From positions 101,887,449 through 101,951,448 of the forward strand of contig NC_068981.1 in the NCBI RefSeq assembly GCF_001194135.2: 64,000 bases of DNA, written 5' to 3'. The notes beneath the pieces are model-generated. The model had not been told where the DNA came from. It saw only the letters and a program-made list of their open reading frames with translations, and searched no databases. Positions 61,285 to 64,000 of the stretch are shown in pieces (position 1 is the stretch's first letter; each line of letters opens with the position of its first letter). Made by a program: the position numbers and the translations under genes. The DNA is from Octopus bimaculoides (Eukaryota).

Positions 61285-64000
61285 TTAAATAATTCAAGAA
61301 GGTGAAATAAATACACAAAGCATTTTGTCTAATGGTCTGATGACCCTGCCAATTTCCTTGTCTATATTCTTCTATATTGGGATAAATTACTACCTTGTGC
61401 CATTCTAAGAAATAGCAAAGATTTTGAACTTTAGTACAAAACAAGAATTTGTAAAGAAAGGGAATAATCAATTAAATTGATCCAAATATATTACTGGTGC
61501 ATATTTTATTGATCCCAGTAAGATAAAAGTTGAATCCAATGAAATTTGATTGTGCAATATAATAACAAGATGCAAAGTGTTTTGTGACAATTACTTCAGC
61601 CACTAGATTATCATAGCCATGATAAAGATGGCTACTGGGGATTATGACCACAATAATGATTGCCACAACTACACAGCTGTTTATACAATGAAGTCCAACC
61701 GTAACAATGATATTGGACATCTTATTTCTAATTGAAGTGCTTGAGTTGTAGGTCACTAACTAATCTTTTCATTGGCTACTTCTGTGCCATGGTTATACTC
61801 AAACAGAACTGATTATAGCTACTCAAAAAGAACACTAAAATATGAAGGAAACTTGCCAATTAAAGAGCAGAGGTTAATAGGAACACAACCATTATATGAT
61901 TTGTAGCTTTGCATAGTTGAAAGAAACTAGATTTTAAGTTGCTTAAATTACAAGTTAACAAGAATTAAATGTCCAATGATACCAAGGTGGTGAAAGATTT
62001 ATCATATAATCTGACTTGTAATTAAGAGGTTTGACAATAAAGAAATTAATAATTAGATATTAAAAGATCAGTTTTGAATGTGCCTCATGAATTTTCCAAG
62101 ATTTATCATTTAGTCAGAAAGTGTGTGTATTATATATATATTGATTATGTATTTTAGTAATCCATGACAAGTAAGAACTCAATGTTACAAAGTAAATATA
62201 CATGGTGTTTATCCTCTTCTTACAATATGACCATATGTTATGACTCATATCACTTCAGTTTACTAAGACTGTGAAAGCAATAGAGACAGCGAAGGCCGTA
62301 GTTGTGATAAATTTATATGAATGATGTTGCATGAAAAAAAAAGTTATTGAAAAATGTATTGAGGACAAAATGAAATATAAAAATAACTCTATAATATTAA
62401 AGTAAAGTGTAAAAGGACATGAGAAAGGCAGTGAGGATGGTTCATAAGAGTGAATGGTTAAGGTTAAAAGTTGAGAGAAATTTAAAAGACAGTAGGTTAA
62501 GAAATGCAAGCTTGACTAGACATGTCTAGGTTATGTAAGGTACTTGATATAAATAAGGGTGTGTGTGTTTGTGTGTGGAGGAGATGGATGGGACTGGACA
62601 GTTGCATTGATCATGGAGGAGGAAATAAAGAAAAGAAGCAGTGAATTGTTGTAGGGCCAGTTGTGGTTAGTTAAAAATAAAAGAAGGTACTCAAAATAAC
62701 CAAACAGTAATTGATTATATAAGGCTGCAAAGATTATGTGGTTATAATACTAAGAAGAAAAATTGAAAAATAACAAGATAGTGTAACAGTGAATAACTGT
62801 AAAAAAAAAAAAAGCACGATTTATCACCATTTTTTAATGTCTGCCTTCCATGCAGGCATGGGTTGAACGGTTTGACAGGAGCTGGGCAGGTAGAAGATTA
62901 CCCCAGGTTACTGCATCTGTTTTGGCAAGGTTTTTATGGGTGGATGCCCTTCCTAACACAAATCGCTCTGCAGAGTGGACTGAGTGCTTTTTACAGCACA
63001 GGCAAGGTCAGTTTTAGCATGGATTTTATAGCTGGATGCCCTCTCAAATGCCAACCATTTTGCATGTGGACTAGATACTTTTTATATGGCACCAGCACTG
63101 GTAGGGTCACCAAGGAACTTGAAAGACAAAAAATTTTTGAGAGGGGAGGGGGCACTGGAGGAGGAGATCTTGTGTCAGATGATGAAAAGTTACAGTGTGA
63201 CAGAGAAAAAAAAACAAGTGTCTTGCTATAAAGGAGGTACATGAACTGCACTGGTAGATCACCAGATCATGGAAATTACCAAAATATTAGTGCCAAGCAG
63301 TGTTTAAGCATAAGCAAAGTTTAGGCTAGTTAAAATATGTTTGTGATATATTTCAACTGCTAAAAGGCAAATTCACTGCAGTTAACTAACCTAAACTTTG
63401 TTTATGCCTAAGCATTGATTGGTGCTCTACCAGCACAAATCAGTCAATATTGTTGACTGTATTTTACATAAAGCTATTGCTTTATAAGATATTTACAGAG
63501 TTGCCTCTCTTAGCTACTCCCCATTGATAAAAGCCAATTATCTAGAAACATCGATGTCTGGTAATCCTGATAGATGGGAACACTGAACACACAGGGTGTT
63601 TTCACACATGTTTACCATAATAGAAAAAATTTATCTATGGTAACTACAGTGAATTTGTCTTTTAGCAGTTGAAATACGCCAGAAACATATTTTAACTAAC
63701 CTAAACTTCGCAATATGTACACACACAAACTTATCAACATTTTAATGTCTATTTTCCCATGTTTGTATGGGTCAGAGGAATTTATTGAGGCAGATCTTCT
63801 ACAGCAGGATCTCACAAGTTTCCCAGCAAGGTAATATTGCTCTGTGGCCAGAAAGCTTTTCACAAATGACTAAATGAAGGACACTGCTTGTATGACAATG
63901 ATATTTGTTATAATGATATCTGTATTTTAGTAGAGAAATAGTAGTTTTCGGCTGCTATTTCTATTTTTCAGTGTGTGGTGAAGCAATACTTGCTGAACCC

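Noticed and set aside
1-64000. CRISPR arrays, operons, rRNA or other prokaryotic systems
   Set aside because: There are no regularly spaced repeat-spacer arrays or rRNA-like segments, and the DNA is clearly eukaryotic and repeat-derived.

Overview
AT-rich, repeat-dense eukaryotic DNA with 12 assembly gaps, most of them abutting (TA)n runs. The repeats (tRNA-derived SINEs resembling the octopus OR/OK type, RTE LINEs, Tc1/mariner/pogo, piggyBac- and hAT-like MITEs) point to a coleoid cephalopod, probably Octopus. This is an inference from repeat content; no database search was run. I cannot name any intact protein-coding gene. Nearly all listed ORFs are microsatellite or N-gap artefacts or transposon relics, and the window looks intronic or intergenic with a few candidate exons. 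The most notable signal is a recurring architecture: several sequence-unrelated fold-back (inverted-repeat) elements, each carrying minimal type I hammerhead-ribozyme (HHR) motifs with a palindromic stem III. They lie at 30.05-30.44, 30.74-31.12, 47.30-47.77, 51.93-52.71 and 52.73-53.50 kb and resemble Penelope-like element pseudo-LTRs or non-LTR retrozymes. The 47.3-47.8 kb copy is about 97% self-complementary and has one near-canonical HHR on each strand. A candidate recursive splice site (AG|GTGAGT) lies on the minus strand at 10677/10678.
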